Below, piece by piece: positions 26,380 to 38,069 of a DNA stretch of 64,000 bases; position 1 is the stretch's first letter; each line of letters opens with the position of its first letter. Position numbers and translations under genes: made by a program. The notes beneath the pieces were generated by a model, which searched no databases, was not told the origin of the DNA, and worked only from the letters and a program-made list of their open reading frames with translations. The stretch is from Octopus bimaculoides (taxonomy: Eukaryota), in NCBI RefSeq assembly GCF_001194135.2, contig NC_068981.1, positions 166,707,549-166,771,548 of the forward strand, given 5' to 3'.

Positions 26380-26760
26380 GCATTTCTACAGTATACTTGA
26401 ATTTTCTTGAGCTTGGAAGCACACACTGCCATTGGAGCATGCTTGCTTCATTTCTTTCTAGTATTCACAAATCTGCATTCAAAACTCGTATTTTGCTTTC
26501 AAACAGCATTGCACATTGTACTTGAGAATCATACAATCTGCCCTTTACTCTGAGAGAGAAACCATCTGTCGTTAGAAGAGGTAATACCTCGTTGAACATT
26601 TTCCACTTCCTTCCTATTCTGACTACTATGCTTTCATAGTGCCTACCTCCACTACTAATTAGCTTATCTAGGAAATAAAAACTATCAATTACTTGTAAGG
26701 AGCTTTATATGAGCATTTGAAGGAATTTATTTCACATGTACTCATACTTCTAACTACTCA
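26380..26760 (-). mobile_element. Decayed RTE ORF2 fragment (post-RT region)
   Basis: Colinear with the RTE region seen at 57530-57655 and 42200-42480; many stops. Confidence 0.6.
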
Positions 26761-27324
26761 GTTGTAAATATAATTTCATCATTGGCCTGTGTGAATATGA
26801 TTTGCATTGGAAATAGTAAATAAGGTGCCTACTTGTGTACCATGTGAAGTAGTAACTAACATTTTGGACAAGGCCCTTTGTATGTGAAGAGATAACATTG
26901 GAGCTACGCAACAACAATGGAATCTTCAATAAGCTTAGTGTACAAACTTACCTTGCACTTCAGTATACAGCTATTCTGTTTTTATTTCTTCCGTTAGTTG
27001 TTTTCAAGTTGTGTAGGCGCTGTCATAATTTTTGTTACAATGAGAAAGCCTCTCTACAGTCACTTGAAATAAAGTCCAAGCTCCTTTGAATAAAATTCTC
27101 ACAGTCTTAGAAAAGGACATGATGGATACTGAAGTCCTTATCCCTGCAGATGGAGGTAAAAAAATGACAAGTTGGTCATGGCTAGCATGTTTTTGATCAT
27201 AGGTCTGCTTGATCAGAGCTGACTTGGAGCTAAACAATACAGACCAGGTGGGTGAAGTCAAAAGCATTTGCTCTAATCTCCCATCAGTATTTATTATCAT
27301 TATCTTTTATACAGTTATTCAAAT

Positions 27325-27723
27325 GTGCTGTGCGTGAGAAGACCCGGCAAGCCAAGTAAGATCGTTGCCAGTGCCCCTGGACTGGTTCTTGTGCGGGTGG
27401 CACACGAGATGCACCATTTTGAGCGTGGCCGTTGCCAGTACCGCCTGACTGGCTCCCGTAGGATTTTCGAGCGAGATCGTTGCCAGTGCCCCTGGACTGG
27501 CTTGTGCGGGTGGCACATAAAAGACACCATTTCGAGCGTGGCCGTTTTCGTGCGGGTGACACGTAAAAGCACCCACTACACTCTCTGAGTGGTTGGCGTT
27601 AGGAAGGGCATCCAGCTGTAGAAACTCTGCCAAATTAGACTGGAGCCTGGTGTTGCCATCCGGTTTCACCAGTCCTCAGTCAAATCGTCCAACCCATGCT
27701 AGCATGGAAAGCGGACGTTAAAC

Positions 27724-27759
<36 letters not shown>
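27325..27759 (+). mobile_element. RTE 3' end with internal repeats and (GAT)n tail
   Basis: Near-identical tail to 4540-4704 and 43501-43660. Confidence 0.85.
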
Positions 27760-27760
<1 letters not shown>

Positions 27761-28249
27761 CACAAAATATAGCAGCATTTCTCTTCCTTTACTGTTGTCA
27801 GTAAATTTACTGTATTTTTCGTACTCCTTTATGTTTTTGAATCATAAAGACATTTTCTCCCAAGGTGGGAAGCTGTATTATTGCAGGCATTTTGCAATGA
27901 GAAAATTTAATACAGCATTACAAAACAAAAATAAGATATCACCATGCAGTATCCAAGCTATTTACTTGAGTTTTATGAGCATTATCAGTAACATAGTACA
28001 TAGCTAGTAACTGGAAAAGAATTGTTGAACTTTTAGACAGTAGGATAGCATCATAACATTTTAATAGATAATGATTCTCAATTTTCTTGATTTCTTTATT
28101 GACTTTTAATACTATTTTTATATTTAAAAATATATATTATTGATGTTAATTATTCAAGCGTTATCCTAATAAAAAAAAATATACTTAACGTCTAAGGATT
28201 TCAAATTAAATTTTTGATACTCGCTGCCTTGTTAGAAAAGCAACATCAG

Positions 28250-28570
28250 CACCATGATTAATGTTATTTTAATCATTTGGGCAAGTCCCAGAGACATCAC
28301 TAGATTTGCTTCAGTCTTTATTACTATGAACAGGTGAGCAGATCTTCACCAGTTCTGCGTATCACGATTGCTCATGTGATTCTTTGTTTTTAACTTTGTG
28401 ATGATCAGTTGCTTGTAATTAGTCTTCACCACTTCATCTCGTGTCTTCCTAGATCTCCCACTTTAATAAGTTCCATCCATATCAAGTTCTCTAGATTTCT
28501 TTATACAACAGACATCCTCCATAAACATCTCATGCCCATACCAGCATTCTCTGTACTCTTCTGTAAAATA
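28250..28570 (-). mobile_element. Decayed RTE ORF2 C-terminal fragment
   Basis: Colinear with the RRLRWYGHV...GRPRKTW region. Confidence 0.55.
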
Positions 28571-29484
28571 TAGGTTTCGTGCAGGATGTAAGCCTGAAAA
28601 ATTTGCATATTTAAAAAATAAATTAACCTATATCACTTAGGTTTATTACTCATATTTGTGAAGTTTTGTTGCTGTTATCTGAATTCAACAAATCATTTTA
28701 TATTATATAGCAATATCCTAAATCAAACAATCAATTTCTTTTTTTCTCATTATTCATTTAATTTTATTTGGATGTTTAAATTTTTCATGAAATAAGAGAG
28801 ATGGAATTTTCAAATGTTACTTTAAAAATAAATTAGCACTTTTGTTACCAACCCGGCTGGAACCGGCTCTGGCTCTGAATACAAATGTCTTGTTTTCATA
28901 AGTTTTGAATTAAAATCTTTCACCAAACCTTAGTCACAATTTATGTTCCTAACACTAGCTGAATGATAACTAAGTTATTTTACTAAATTCTTAGTTATAT
29001 TTAAAGTAATTGAAAGAAATACGGAGCATCTCAAAATAAATACAGTAATGAAAGGATTAAAGGGGATGACAGGGGACTGATACGCCTGATAGTTTGCTGT
29101 GCTTGAGAAAACATGTCAAGCTAAATAAAATCGTGGTTGTCCTTGCATAGAAGCATGTCCCCTGCATCCCTCTCTTGCAAGCTTGTGAGTGCTGGTCCCG
29201 CATGAAAAGACAGTGCTGCATAAAGACATTTTACAGTGAAAAGTACACTGTAAAGTGGTTGGTGTTAGAAAAGGCATCCAGCCCTAGAAACCATGCCAAA
29301 ACAGATATGGAGCTCGGGCAGCTCTTCAGCTGGCCAGTTCATGTCGAACCATCGAACCCATGCCAACATGGAAAATGGATGTTAACTGTTGATGATGTTA
29401 CTTTTCTCTTAAGAAACAAAATAATTAATTAATAGAGAGTGAGATAATACAGTTTTTACTTTAATATAATTTTCTTTCTTACAG

Positions 29485-29558
29485 CTTCGAGAAGAGAACT
29501 GTGAACTGCGCAAAGAACTTTGTAAAGCTCAGCAACAAGCAGCAAAAGAGGCAAATAG
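29485..29558 (+). CDS. ENTR1: ENTR1 exon 3 (LREENCELRKELCKAQQQAAKEAN)
   Basis: tttcttacag acceptor, AG|GTAAGC donor, coiled-coil sequence, phase 0 to 2. Confidence 0.9.
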
Positions 29559-29829
29559 GTAAGCACTTGAAAAGATTTGATTTTGACATGTCTGTTCTTA
29601 ATGAATGTCTAAATAAATTTATAATGTTAATTGGTTGTTCATAGAAAATTTACTCAGTTATCACAAGTTCACAGTAATTTCTGTGACATCTTTTCTAGAA
29701 ACTATTTGCTAGGTGTTGAAATATTAGCTTTAGTGAGACATCAGTCTTATGGAACTGTGTTGATAATTAATGCTGGTGGTGAGGTGAAAGTTGGTCATGT
29801 TTGTCTGTCTGTAATGTTTTCTAAGTAGT

Positions 29830-30025
29830 AAGGGTGGTGAGTTGGCAGAATCATTAGCATGCTAGGCAGGATGCTTAGTGGCATTTTGTTCTGAGTTCAA
29901 ATTCTGCCGAGGTCAACTTTGCCTTTCATCTTTTTGGGGTCAATAAAATAACTACCAGTTGAGCACTGGAATTGTAGTTGACACCCCCTCCCCCACCAAT
30001 TGCTGTTCTTGTGCCAAAATTTGAA
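29830..30025 (+). mobile_element. SINE family 2 (gagttggcagaa...gccaaaatttgaa); other copies 51343-51555 (+), 45935-46110 (-), 35195-35350 (-)
   Basis: Four mutually alignable copies in the window. Confidence 0.75.
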
Positions 30026-30216
30026 AACAATATTTTCTAAGTAGTTGTTATATACTAAATCAGTTTTAAAATATAAAAACTGCCATCAAAATGACTTTGT
30101 AATGTAAATTCCAGTCTAGAAGAGAAGATTACTGGAGCTGAGGTACAATCTAATTAACTACAGTATTTAAATTGTGTGCTAGGAAATATTAATCTGAGGT
30201 AAATATTTATTTTTAG

Positions 30217-30328
30217 AGTCAACAAAGTTCTGAAAGAGATGGAAGAAAAACAGAAGTGTGAAAAACAAGAAACAGAGGACCTGGAGAAGATCATCCAGCA
30301 AGTGGAGGCAAATCTTGAGACAACCACC
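30217..30328 (+). CDS. ENTR1: ENTR1 exon 4 (VNKVLKEMEEKQKCEKQETEDLEKIIQQVEANLETTT)
   Basis: ttttag acceptor, GTGAGT donor, ETxxLExxxQQVExNL family signature, phase 2 to 0. Confidence 0.92.
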
Positions 30329-31704
30329 GTGAGTTACAGGATAAATAGTAATTTTTACTGGGAAACCCCAACCACTTCATAATTGTGAAGTTTCTATAAT
30401 GTAGTGAGAATAAATTACTTATAGATGCCTTCTGCATGAAAAATATTAAATTAATATTGACAAGTAGGAATTAAATAGCATAATTAGAAATAGTTATGCA
30501 GTGGAGTAAAATATTAGTCAATGAATATTTTCTTTTTTTTTTTCTGACTAGGGGGAGGCATGGGTGTGTGGCTAAGAAGTTTGCTTTCTGACTGTATGGT
30601 TTCAGGTGTCTTCTACTGTTGCTCCAGGCTGACCAAAGCCTTGTGAGTAGATTTAGTAGGCAGAATCTGAAAAGCTTGTTGTATATATGTGTTGTCCTTG
30701 TTTAGATATCACATTCTGGTTATAAATTAGCGTCATTGTCATACAAACAAGTTGTTCATTTCCAGTCTCCCATGAAAAACATGTCTAACCATGGGGAAAT
30801 ATTACCTTGCTTGGAAACAAGCAAGGGTTGATGACAGGAAGGCATTTAGCCATAGAAAATCTGCCTCAACGAATTCCATGTAACCCTTGCAAGCATGGTT
30901 AAATGATGGTGGTGATATTTCATGGAGGAATTAAAAAGCTAATTAGAAATAATTACACAATGAAGAAAAATGATTTTAGTCAATAGCAAATATTTTTTTT
31001 CCTAATTAATTTTTTAATGCTCTCAATTTTAATCCTTTAGCAGTTTAACTGGCCATATCAGGCCCAAATATTCTACCTGTTTTATGTTCAAACTGGCCAG
31101 ATCTGGCCTTTTTACACCTACCCTACAATGTCATTCTAAAAATAAACAATCACATCATCAAAATCTTCAAGCTATGAGATAATGCATGATTAATTCAAAA
31201 CAATGTGAATAAATAAGCATTGTATTTGATAAAAACACTAAACTATTGTTTGTCAAGGCAGGTGGTGTCTCAGCTATTTATGCTTCAAACAATAACGTTT
31301 GTTTTACAATAACCAATATACAATTTTATGTACTTTTCGTTATGATTCTTTCATCATTACATCAGCAAATGCAGTGAAGTCATTGCTTTTGCAAAGAGGT
31401 AACAATAATGTACGGAGTTGTTTTATGTATTTGCTTAAATAATTGTTCATTCTTTTAAACACCATTTTTTTCATGCTATCATGGCTTGGACAGGATTTGA
31501 GGATGGACTTTAGAGTTGAATGCTCTTCCTGTTGCCAACCCTTACCTGTTGTTCAATGAAGGGACTTCTTTTTTATATTCATGCACACAAACAAATACAC
31601 ATGCATACCACACAGCCATGCAGTCAATTCACTTTACTCTTTGACAAAAAGAGAAAGAAAACTTGTTTCTCAAGAGTGTCAGTAAATCTATTTATTTATT
31701 GCAG

Positions 31705-31767
31705 CTTCGTGCAACAAAAGCAGAATCTATGGTGTCAAAATTAAAACAAGATATGAAATTACTGCAG
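31705..31767 (+). CDS. ENTR1: ENTR1 exon 5 (LRATKAESMVSKLKQDMKLLQ)
   Basis: ttgcag acceptor, CAG|GTAATT donor, RAxKAESxVSKLKQ signature, phase 0 to 0. Confidence 0.92.
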
Positions 31768-31856
31768 GTAATTTTTTTTTCTTTTTTTTTTGAACTTTCA
31801 CATGTAATTTGAAGAGTGGAAAAATTAATGCTTTTCTCTTCCTAAAAGAAGTCTAT

Positions 31857-32022
31857 ATATTAAAGAACAAAGATAGATGTTCTTATGACTCTACTTCTAA
31901 TGAACAGATTACCTGTCTAAATCAATTTTCAATATAATCAAGATTTTGGAAGGGCTTCCAAGTGAAACATTACATTATCATTCAAGTTATAATGAGAATT
32001 TGGATTGAGATTTTAACTTATA
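31857..32022 (-). repeat. Copy 2 of the 166-bp perfect inverted duplication
   Basis: Exact reverse complement of 23955-24120. Confidence 0.9.
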
Positions 32023-32608
32023 AACATACTGATCTTAATTTTTCAACGTGTACATATACATGTATATATATATCAAGAGAGAGAGAGAGAGAGAGAGGCA
32101 GGGACATGGCTTAGTGGTTAGGGTGTTGCACTTACAATCTCTAGATTGTGATTTCACTTCTTAGTCCAGGTGTCACGTTGTGTTCTTGAGCAAAGCACTT
32201 CATCTCATGTTGAATTACTCTGACACTTGGTACACTCTGCTTGGCAATCACTCTGACACTTGATGCTTGGTACACAGTGCACCTGTTCAGGCAATGTTGA
32301 TTTGATGGAGAGAGTGAGCTAATTTGCAGCACAAACATTTGATCACTATAAGCAAATCAATTGTGCAGGTCGTTTGGCAAAATCTGAACGCTCATATGTT
32401 GTCTTCGACAGGAGAGTCCTTGATGGTGTGTATGTGTCTGTCAGTATACATGCATTTTTTTGTGATGACTGACACACACATCTAAAGACAGAGACATACA
32501 GAGAGACAGAGATGGGCCTGAGGCGTGTGTGAATGTATGTCTGTCTTAGTATATACATGTGACTGTACTGCCCAACAGTGAAACGTGCAGATTTTGAAAA
32601 AGTGTAGT

Positions 32609-33130
32609 TTAGTTGCAGCCTGGATGTTGAATGAGGAGGTACAGGTTTCCCTTCCTATCTGTACATGAGCCAACACATTCTACGCATGCATTACAGATTG
32701 AGTTCAAGCCCTCTAACAACACTGAGGGGTGTGATGTACCTAGAGATTTCTCTAGGTCTCGAAAATAGTCTGACTGCCCCGCATGCATGGGGGCATAAAC
32801 AGCCACCAGCCTGAACGACTTACCACTGTTGTGCGTCACATCCAGGACGAACAGCCTGCCTTCCAGATCAACAAAGATTACTCTTATCTCTAAACTCAGA
32901 TTTTTCCTGAACAGAACCGCAACACCCCTCCCCCTTCAAGGTCAACCTGGAGAAATAAATTTCTCATAGCCATTTAGGAGGGGAGAAAAGCCTCTTGGTC
33001 CATTCAGCCAGGTTTCTGTAACTACTATTGCATTCAGTCTATGTGACATGAGGTCATTGAGGAAATGTCCTTGTTTCCAATCTGACCTCAGGTCATGAAC
33101 ATTTAAACATCCTATGTTAAGTGTAAACAT
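32609..33130 (-). mobile_element. AP-endonuclease (ORF2 N-terminus) fragment of an L1/Tx1-like LINE
   Basis: LNIGCLNV...VTETW and FRLVAVYAP...VLLEGLN (~GDFN); frameshifted. Confidence 0.8.
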
Positions 33131-33379
33131 GATTTTGAAAGAGTTTAGTTGTGGCCTGGATGTTGAACAAACAACAGTGTTCTCTTCGAAGTACCACTGT
33201 TTGGATTTTCCTTTTCATCATAGAGAGTTGTAGTTTAAACAACATTAACAATTATCACTATTTATGTGCTGAAATATTATTCTGGTTTTTATAACCAACA
33301 TGAAGATTTGGCTGATTTAACAGCACTCACAACACTCGCAAATATATCTGGAAAAAAAAACGTTATTCTGGTTATTTAT

Positions 33380-33995
33380 AAAAAAAAGTGCCGATCTCTA
33401 ACTGTGGAGGGAACCTGTGGTAGAGGTAGACTCAGGAAAACATGTGACGAAGTGATGAAGCATGATCTTTGAACTTTGAGCCTCACAGAGGCAATGATTA
33501 GTGACGGAGACTTTTGGCAATATGCTGTGCTTGATAAGACTTGTCAAGCCAAGTGAAATCGTAGTCGTGGCTGATGTTGGTGTCATGTAATTGGCACATA
33601 AAGAGCACCATTGGAGTGTTGGACCTCGCAGAGGCAAAGTGGCTGAGTTCCTTTCAAGCATTGGGCCTCATGGAGGCAAAGTGGCCGAGTTCTTTTGGAG
33701 CGTTGGGCTTCACAGAAGCAAAGTGGCTGAGTTCCTTTCGAGCGTTGGGCCTCACAGAGGCAATGACCAAGACCTTTGGCATTATGTTGTGCTTTAGAAG
33801 ACCTATCAAGCTGAGCAAAATCACAGTCATGGCAGATACCAGTGGCATGTAAAAGCACCCATTGCACTCAGAGTGGTTGGCGTTAGGAAGGGCATCCAGC
33901 CATAAAAAACCTTGCCTAACCAGACTGGAGTCTTCTAGCTTACTAGCCCTGGTCAAACTGTCCAACCCATGCCAGCATGGACAACGAACGTTAAA
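33380..33995 (+). mobile_element. RTE ORF2 C-terminus plus 3' UTR with a 42-bp tandem repeat (33620-33760)
   Basis: KCRSLTVEGTCGRGRLRKTCDEVMKHDL; unit gttgggcctcacagaggcaaagtggctgagttcctttcgagc x3; standard tail. Confidence 0.85.
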
Positions 33996-34171
33996 TGATG
34001 ATATATATATATATATATATCTTTGTCTTTTTATATATGTATTAATTTTCTATATATGCAGATTACTTTTTTTTTTTTTTGTAGGCTTACACCTTTCAGC
34101 TTTTGTCTGAAGATAACAGTATATGTAACAGTGACAGTTTTCTAATTTACCATTTTTCTGTTATTAACTAG

Positions 34172-34308
34172 AAACAAATACAAACTCTACAGAAAGAAAA
34201 TGAAATATTACAATCTGGAGATTTAGGTACAGCATATCTAAAACAGAAAACATTTTCTGCTTCTGAGCAATTAGCAACAGTTGCAGCATCTGCTGAACAG
34301 TCTTTAAG
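34172..34308 (+). CDS. ENTR1: ENTR1 exon 6 (KQIQTLQKENEILQ...AASAEQSL)
   Basis: aactag acceptor, AG|GTAAGT donor, phase 0 to 2. Confidence 0.9.
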
Positions 34309-35569
34309 GTAAGTTCAATGTATTTATATGCCTTAACTTTGACCTGAGATTAAATGAAACTGTTTTTAGATGAATGGACACTTCTAGTTTATGTGTTCAA
34401 ATTCAACTATATGTTAGTAGTGATGTACCTTTAAAATTGAAAGCTTTCAACTATTTATGTCAATCTATTTAATCCTCTCAGACTTGGGTCCTTTGTCTAA
34501 CTTTACCCTTCACCTGGGATCTTGAGCCAAACAATAAATAGTTGCATATACAGCTCAAGAGTAATGATTGCAGGCAAACTAATGCAAGAATCACATAAAA
34601 ATTTTGGAGAATAACAATAATAGGCCTTTCTCTTAACTACTGTATTTGTAAGGCAAACTAATGGACAAAACCACAAAAAAAAAAAAAAAATTTCAGGGGA
34701 ATAACAATAATAGACCTATCTTTCTACCACTATTTTTGTTCACTTGAACTGCTACTTTCCTCATCACTTTCACCAGGTTGATTCTCTGAATCACTATTAT
34801 TGCTGACGTAGGTGTAAACTCCTCGGCCAAAGAATATCTTCAGTAATTTCCTCAACAGCATTGAGTCTAGGCTTTGTTCATTTACAATACAAAGTTCTGG
34901 ATTCATCACATACACATTTCATTACAAAACTAATTTTGTTTTTTGATTAAAAACAAAAGTAAACAGCTATGGGGAACATCATTAACAGTAATAAACACAC
35001 TTTACTCCAAAGCTGCAATGTGATCACTTGTCTAATTTTAGTATTTTATCTTTTTCTGTGTGTTGTTCATAATTGCTTTAGTGGGAATCCATGAGAGATG
35101 ACATTTAAGCAGTTCCCACTATAGCAGGGATACAGCTTGACAAGGTTAATTTAAAGAGGATATTACATCTCCATGTAGCTATCATCAATATTGAGGGAAG
35201 GGATAAGTTGATTACATCTCAATCCCAGTACTTGGCTGGTACTTTATTTTATTGATCCCAGAGAGAAGAAAAGCAAAGTTGATCTTGGCAGGATTGGAAC
35301 TCGGAGCATAATAGTGGAGAAATGCAGCTAAGCATTTCATTCAACACTAATAATTCTGACACTTGCCTCCTGTCTTGTTATGACCATGATATTAATGCAT
35401 AAACTTGTTTTTGATATTTGTGACTATTTTTTAAAATATAGGTTGAGAAATTGTAAAATGAACAAAGTTAATTGAAATAATTACATTTTTTAGTATTCAT
35501 AAAAAAACTACCTTAACCTTTTTTTTTGGGGATGTAACTAACATGAACTTTTTTCATTTCATTTACTAG

Positions 35570-35675
35570 ACAATTGCTGAGTGGTGTTGATTCTTTGAGA
35601 ATGCTATCGGCTGTTTTAGCCTCAGCAGATAAAGTTCAAGAAGAAAGTTGTGATAACCAGAAAGGGAACAGTTGA
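35570..35675 (+). CDS. ENTR1: ENTR1 exon 7, terminal (QLLSGVDSLRMLSAVLASADKVQEESCDNQKGNS*)
   Basis: tactag acceptor, QLLSGV..LR..S..L.S..K family ending, TGA at 35673-35675; spliced CDS 1239 nt. Confidence 0.9.
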
Positions 35676-36627
35676 AAGAGATGTAAATATAAGCGAAGAA
35701 AGACTTTTGCCACAAGTTGTTCTCACAACAAACTGGTTTCCCCTTCTAAGGTTTATTTTACAAAGGAAATTATGAAAAGACTACTTTCAAAATCATTTGA
35801 ATATAGTTTGGAAGAAAGATAAATAAAAAAAAGGACAAGCTATTGTATAAAGAAAGAAAAAGAATGCAATAACTGATAGGCTGTGAGGATCATGTCTCTG
35901 ATTGACTGATAATATATGCTTAAGGGATTTGTCCAAATGTTTTTGTAATTCCATCCTGTCAAAGTGATTCATTTAATTTTTTTTTTTTTACACCCCTGCC
36001 TTTTTATTTTTTGTTAAATTATTACCGACTGTATGAATTATACCACATACGTATATTTTCTCTTTTATTACATAACTATTGTACCTTATTCTGTTCTTTG
36101 TTGTTTTTTGTTTTTGTTTAAACTACTGTCGTTAAGGGCTGTTATCACTTAGTATGCAGCAAGATTCCAAAATATTCTATAAAAGAAAATTAACAAAGAA
36201 TTACTATAGATTACTGAAGTTATTTCTTAGGTCCTTGAATTAACAAAATTATGTTACAGCATTTAATAAAATGAACTCCATAAGAAAGTATATTTATTAG
36301 TAGAAAAATAAGCCAATTCTTCCTGTTTTGCTGTTGCAACTATGAACAGTTATCTGCCCTCTATACCAAGTATTATTCTCTCCTTGCTATATTCTTCAAA
36401 TATCTCTAAATTGTCAAGCTAATAAAGAAGCCTCTACAGGTTGATCACTCACCCTACTAGAAATAGCAGCCAAATTTCCTTAAATCATACCCTACCATTC
36501 TTAAAACATAAAAGACACATTAGTTTATATAGAGATAGATCTTTGACTTCAATCATTTCAGATGTTAAAAGAAAGCAACAAGAACAAACATATAGATTTT
36601 TATTTCTATATTAGTGTTAATTATTGT

Positions 36628-36750
36628 TTATACAAAATGTCCTTTTATAATTTTTTTTATTATCTTAGACCATACTGAGTGCACATTATTCATGGTTCTT
36701 TGCTTCTCATTCAAAATTGTAAAGACTTGGCTGAATGTAAATTGAGAAAC
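36628..36750 (-). CDS. PIGQ: PIGQ terminal exon (VSQFTFSQVF...HSVWSKIIKKIIKGHFV*)
   Basis: ttttctttttcag acceptor, phase 0, resembles the PIGQ C-terminus (HSW...L..G.LI). Confidence 0.8.
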   Translation of the reverse strand, partial: VSQFTFSQVFTILNEKQRTMNNVHSVWSKIIKKIIKGHFV

Positions 36751-36928
36751 CTGAAAAAGAAAATTTTGTTTTATAGCTTTTTATTTTATTTGATAATGCT
36801 GGCACTAGAAACAGAGTTTTGTTTAGAATACTGTTTAACACCTTTTCATTTCTAAAATATACTGCTTAATTTCAGTGGTGTACTTGTCAGGCAAGTGATT
36901 TGAACTGAAAACGTTGAAACTAAAATAA

Positions 36929-37039
36929 TTCAAAAACACAAAGACTGTTAACTTCACTTAGGCATGTATTATTGAGTCAAAATTTGTCACCAAATAATAA
37001 TTGTCTAAGTGAAGTTAACAGCCTTTGTGTATTTTTGAA
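36929..37039. repeat. ~33-bp inverted repeat hairpin in the last PIGQ intron
   Basis: ttcaaaaacacaaagactgttaacttcacttag / ctaagtgaagttaacagcctttgtgtatttttgaa. Confidence 0.85.
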
Positions 37040-37847
37040 TGATTAACATGCCTTTTACTCTATAATTACTGCTTAAGTTTCACTTAATTTAGAAAATAAT
37101 CAAACATTTGAATTTCCATCTAAATTTAGAATTATTTTTATCAAAAAAATTAAGAGACAATCAATCAAAAATAGAATAAGATGGAAAAAGCTCATTTATA
37201 AGTTTACTCTAATCATATTCCTGATAATTAACTGAAACATTATATATTCTTTGGTACAAACTAGTTTCCAAACTTTACAAGTCTGTTGCAAATTATTTTT
37301 CTACACTTAAGCTTTGTTGTCTTTTAAAGAAAAATATTAACCTACAAAATATAACTGAGTGTTATTTCAATCCATGATAAAAGAAGCAAGCTTCTAGGGA
37401 AGGGTATTTAATGTATGAAACGAAAGGCTAATTTATTCTCTGAACGTCTTTTTTCTCAGCTAAGGATAATATGACTGCCAACCACAAATACTGCTTCTTG
37501 AAATTTACTTGGTCATAGAATTACAAAGAATGTTGTGGTAGTCACAGCTGCAGGACAATTTATTAGCAGAAAAAGTCAATGAACATCACCATTTTCACTC
37601 AATGCTTTTTCATACAAAGAATATGATCAAACACACATGCATGCTTATATATATATATTTGCTAATTGCAACAAAAGCAGTATTAACTCAAAATAGCATT
37701 CTGTACATCTTGCTTAACTTGGATATACTGTAGAAAGCCAGAAATTGCAGTATTTGTCTTGAGAAAGAATTTCCTGTAGATGTATAGTGCTAAACAGCAT
37801 AGAAGTATATCAGTAAGCAGACGCAAAGTCTGGCAGTGATGATGGAA

Positions 37848-37892
37848 TTGCTAAATCTAGATTTCTTCCTCCTTGAGCATCATCAGTAGCAA
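37848..37892 (-). ncRNA. Minimal type I hammerhead ribozyme motif (family 2), core intact
   Basis: Minus strand TTGCTA-CTGATGA-TGCTCAAGGAGGAA-GAAA-T-CTAG-A-TT-TAGCAA: perfect 6-bp stem I, palindromic CTAG stem-III loop, AUU cleavage triplet; stem II weak. Confidence 0.75.
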
Positions 37893-38031
37893 GTATCAAC
37901 CACATGCTTCAACAATTTTAGCCTCTGCTGATAAAAAAACTGACTGACAAATCACTGGTGTAGCAAATAGCCAGCAAGCTGGGTAAAAATTTGCTGTATT
38001 TGTTCATCACTTTTTCTATATCAATTTACAG

Positions 38032-38069
38032 GCTAATGATGCTCAAAGAGGCAGAAATCTAGATTTAGC
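38032..38069 (+). ncRNA. Inverted, defective second copy of the family 2 hammerhead
   Basis: GCTA-[CTG missing]ATGA-TGCTCAAAGAGGCA-GAAA-TCTAGA-TT-TAGC; better stem II than the partner copy. Confidence 0.65.
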
